Of a DNA stretch of 64,000 nt, positions 62,274 to 64,000 are shown piece after piece. Under the pieces are notes generated by a model. The model was given only the letters and a program-made list of their open reading frames with translations, ran no database searches and was not told the origin of the DNA. The stretch spans positions 32,001 through 96,000 of the forward strand of contig CAWHHI010000006.1 in assembly GCA_963829055.1 (NCBI GenBank), read 5' to 3'. Position 1 is the stretch's first letter; each line of letters begins with the position of its first letter. This DNA is from an uncultured Gemmatimonadaceae bacterium (lineage in GTDB: Bacteria > Gemmatimonadota > Gemmatimonadetes > Gemmatimonadales > Gemmatimonadaceae). Position numbers and translations under genes: made by a program.

Positions 62274-64000
62274 CCACCGCAACTGCACCTCGCCGCGCGA
62301 TCTGGGGGCTCGTCAACGACGGGTACGCGCTCGTCGCCAAGACCGCGAACCTCACGCCCGACGAAGCATTCGAGCTGTGTCGCGTGCCCGACATCGGCGA
62401 CCCGAGCGCCTACCTCGACTTCGGCGTCGCGTATCTGCACGCTCCGAAGTGGGGGCACGTGTTCGCGCGATACTTCACGAACGCCGAACGTGACTCCGCA
62501 GGGCGTGCGTCGCTCGTGTACGACGTCGTCGCGCTCAGCGACCACGACTTCGCCGCGCTCGGCAACGATCCTTTCGCCGCGCTGCCTCCGCTCGCGAGCG
62601 ATCGCCGGCCGGAGCGATTCGGCGAGCTGCCCCTCCCGACATTTACTCGGCGCGACAATGGCTCCGAGGCCGCGCGACTCACCGAGCTGCTGGCGCGTGA
62701 GGATCACGCGGCGATTACCCTGCTGCTCGGAGCCCTCCTCGCTGGCGATCGCGTGCTCTGCCTTGCGAACGGAATACGCAGTGAGACTGTCGAATGTCTC
62801 ACGCTACTGCTCCCTCCGTCTCTGCGAACGCTGGTCACGTTTCAGATGCCGACGGTCGACTTTCCGAAGCACGCGCCACGGCTCACCGTGGCCGAGCGCG
62901 CGCATGCGCTACTCGTGGAGCGCGACTGGACGGCGGTGCTGCCCCAGGACGCGAGCGATCCGCGACTCGCGGAAGCGACGGCGACAGCCACCAGGCTCCT
63001 GGCGTTAGGCGCGAATCCACTTCGTCTGCAGCGGGCCTGGAGTCCGATCGAGAATGCTTCGTCCGGTGCGTCGAGTCGCGGGACGCAAGTCGTCCAGCCC
63101 GACCTGGGCGTCGCGGTCGCTGCCATGCTTCGCATGGACCAACTGCACGAGGCACTGCGCGCGGGAGACCTGAGACGCGCGGTGCTCGTCGCCGCACGAG
63201 CCGAGACGCTGGACGAGCGCGTCAGTTTGTCGGACGCGATGTTCGCGCAGTCCACGCCGGAACGCATCGCGACCGCGCTCGGAGACGTCGTGCGCGGCGA
63301 GCAACGTGGCGCCTGGGCGGCAGTGCAGGCGGTGGTCGGCAGCGTCGTCGCGAAACGCGAACGGCAACCCGAGCACTTCGCGTCGTTCTTCACCGTGCTG
63401 ATCGACTGTCTGTGCAGTGTCCCACCGAAGCCAGATGATGCGACTGCCCGACTCGTCCTCGTTACACTCGCGTGCGCGGCGGCGTCGCTCGATGATCTCG
63501 AGCGCTTTCTCGACGTCGCCGACCCTACCCTCCCTTGGGAAAGCGCCTGGCGCGACGGCAGCGCACGCTGGGTAAAGGGACGCTCGGCTGTCGCACGCGT
63601 CTTCGATGCGCTGGCGGCGAAGGGCGCGACGTACGGCGATGCGATCGACGGCGTGCACGCGATCGGAACGGTTACCGCGAAGGCAACCGTTGGTCGAAGC
63701 CGAGATCGTGCCGCGGCGCTCGGCCTCGCACTCGTCAGGCGGACGCTGCGCGAGCGCGCGACACTCGAGCCCCCCGATCGACTCGGCGCACTCGTTGGTG
63801 GGCTCATGCACATATGGTCGCCCGACGTCATCGGTGTCGCGCCGAGCGTCGCGTCCCCGGCCGATGAGACCGACCGCACGCTGCGCCGCTTCCTGGGAGT
63901 CGGCGAACCGCTGTCCTCGAGCCATGACCCGCGGCGGCTCGCAGCTGAACTGTCGCGCACGGTCGGTGAGTCAGGCGACGGCGGGGACACGGAATTACTG
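62270..64000 (+). CDS. Large GTPase-associated (GAP1-like) protein, open to the window edge; absent from the ORF track
   Basis: ATGA overlap with the GTPase stop. Hand translation gives 577 codons without a stop: DGYALVAKT, RDSAGR, GNDPF, LLPPSLRTLVTF, then a long helical region. Confidence 0.7.
   Translation, partial: MTTATAPRRAIWGLVNDGYALVAKTANLTPDEAFELCRVPDIGDPSAYLDFGVAYLHAPKWGHVFARYFTNAERDSAGRASLVYDVVALSDHDFAALGNDPFAALPPLASDRRPERFGELPLPTFTRRDNGSEAARLTELLAREDHAAITLLLGALLAGDRVLCLANGIRSETVECLTLLLPPSLRTLVTFQMPTVDFPKHAPRLTVAERAHALLVERDWTAVLPQDASDPRLAEATATATRLLALGANPLRLQRAWSPIENASSGASSRGTQVVQPDLGVAVAAMLRMDQLHEALRAGDLRRAVLVAARAETLDERVSLSDAMFAQSTPERIATALGDVVRGEQRGAWAAVQAVVGSVVAKRERQPEHFASFFTVLIDCLCSVPPKPDDATARLVLVTLACAAASLDDLERFLDVADPTLPWESAWRDGSARWVKGRSAVARVFDALAAKGATYGDAIDGVHAIGTVTAKATVGRSRDRAAALGLALVRRTLRERATLEPPDRLGALVGGLMHIWSPDVIGVAPSVASPADETDRTLRRFLGVGEPLSSSHDPRRLAAELSRTVGESGDGGDTELL

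Noticed and set aside
62842..63990. Minus-strand 382-aa and 306-aa ORFs
   Set aside because: Shadows of the + strand GAP1-like ORF, which has a coupled start and a protein-like composition.

Overview
High-GC bacterial sequence with many single-base indels that break conserved genes, most likely long-read consensus errors. It looks like two unrelated segments joined at about 21,120, where ftsK breaks off. Segment A (1 to ~21.1 kb, Acidobacteriota-like by inference) holds an S55 peptidase and an attenuator-led aromatic supraoperon: a YWWWY leader peptide, then aroDE-trpEGDCFBA-chorismate mutase-aroF-tyrA-GNAT. It continues with scoAB-thiolase, pepA, an amidase and the 5'-truncated ftsK. Segment B (~21.1-64 kb, Gemmatimonadota-like by inference) holds LuxR and ATPase/TPR/BTAD regulators, an S9 peptidase, kup, a PadR-permease pair and a Ser/Thr kinase. 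It also holds a reductive pyrimidine catabolism cluster interleaved with unrelated genes, deaD, ogt, and at the right edge a TRAFAC GTPase translationally coupled to a large GAP1-like gene (candidate conflict system). Segment B carries three notable DNA-level signals. The first is a heptamer, GTTAGGC/GCCTAAC, found 36 times by hand count (none seen in segment A) and written into core genes through rare codons. The second is a GTCATTCC..GGAATGAC palindromic repeat family. The third is a GGGAATC inverted-heptamer element that sits in-frame inside the GTPase. No tRNA, rRNA, CRISPR array, transposase or integrase was recognised.
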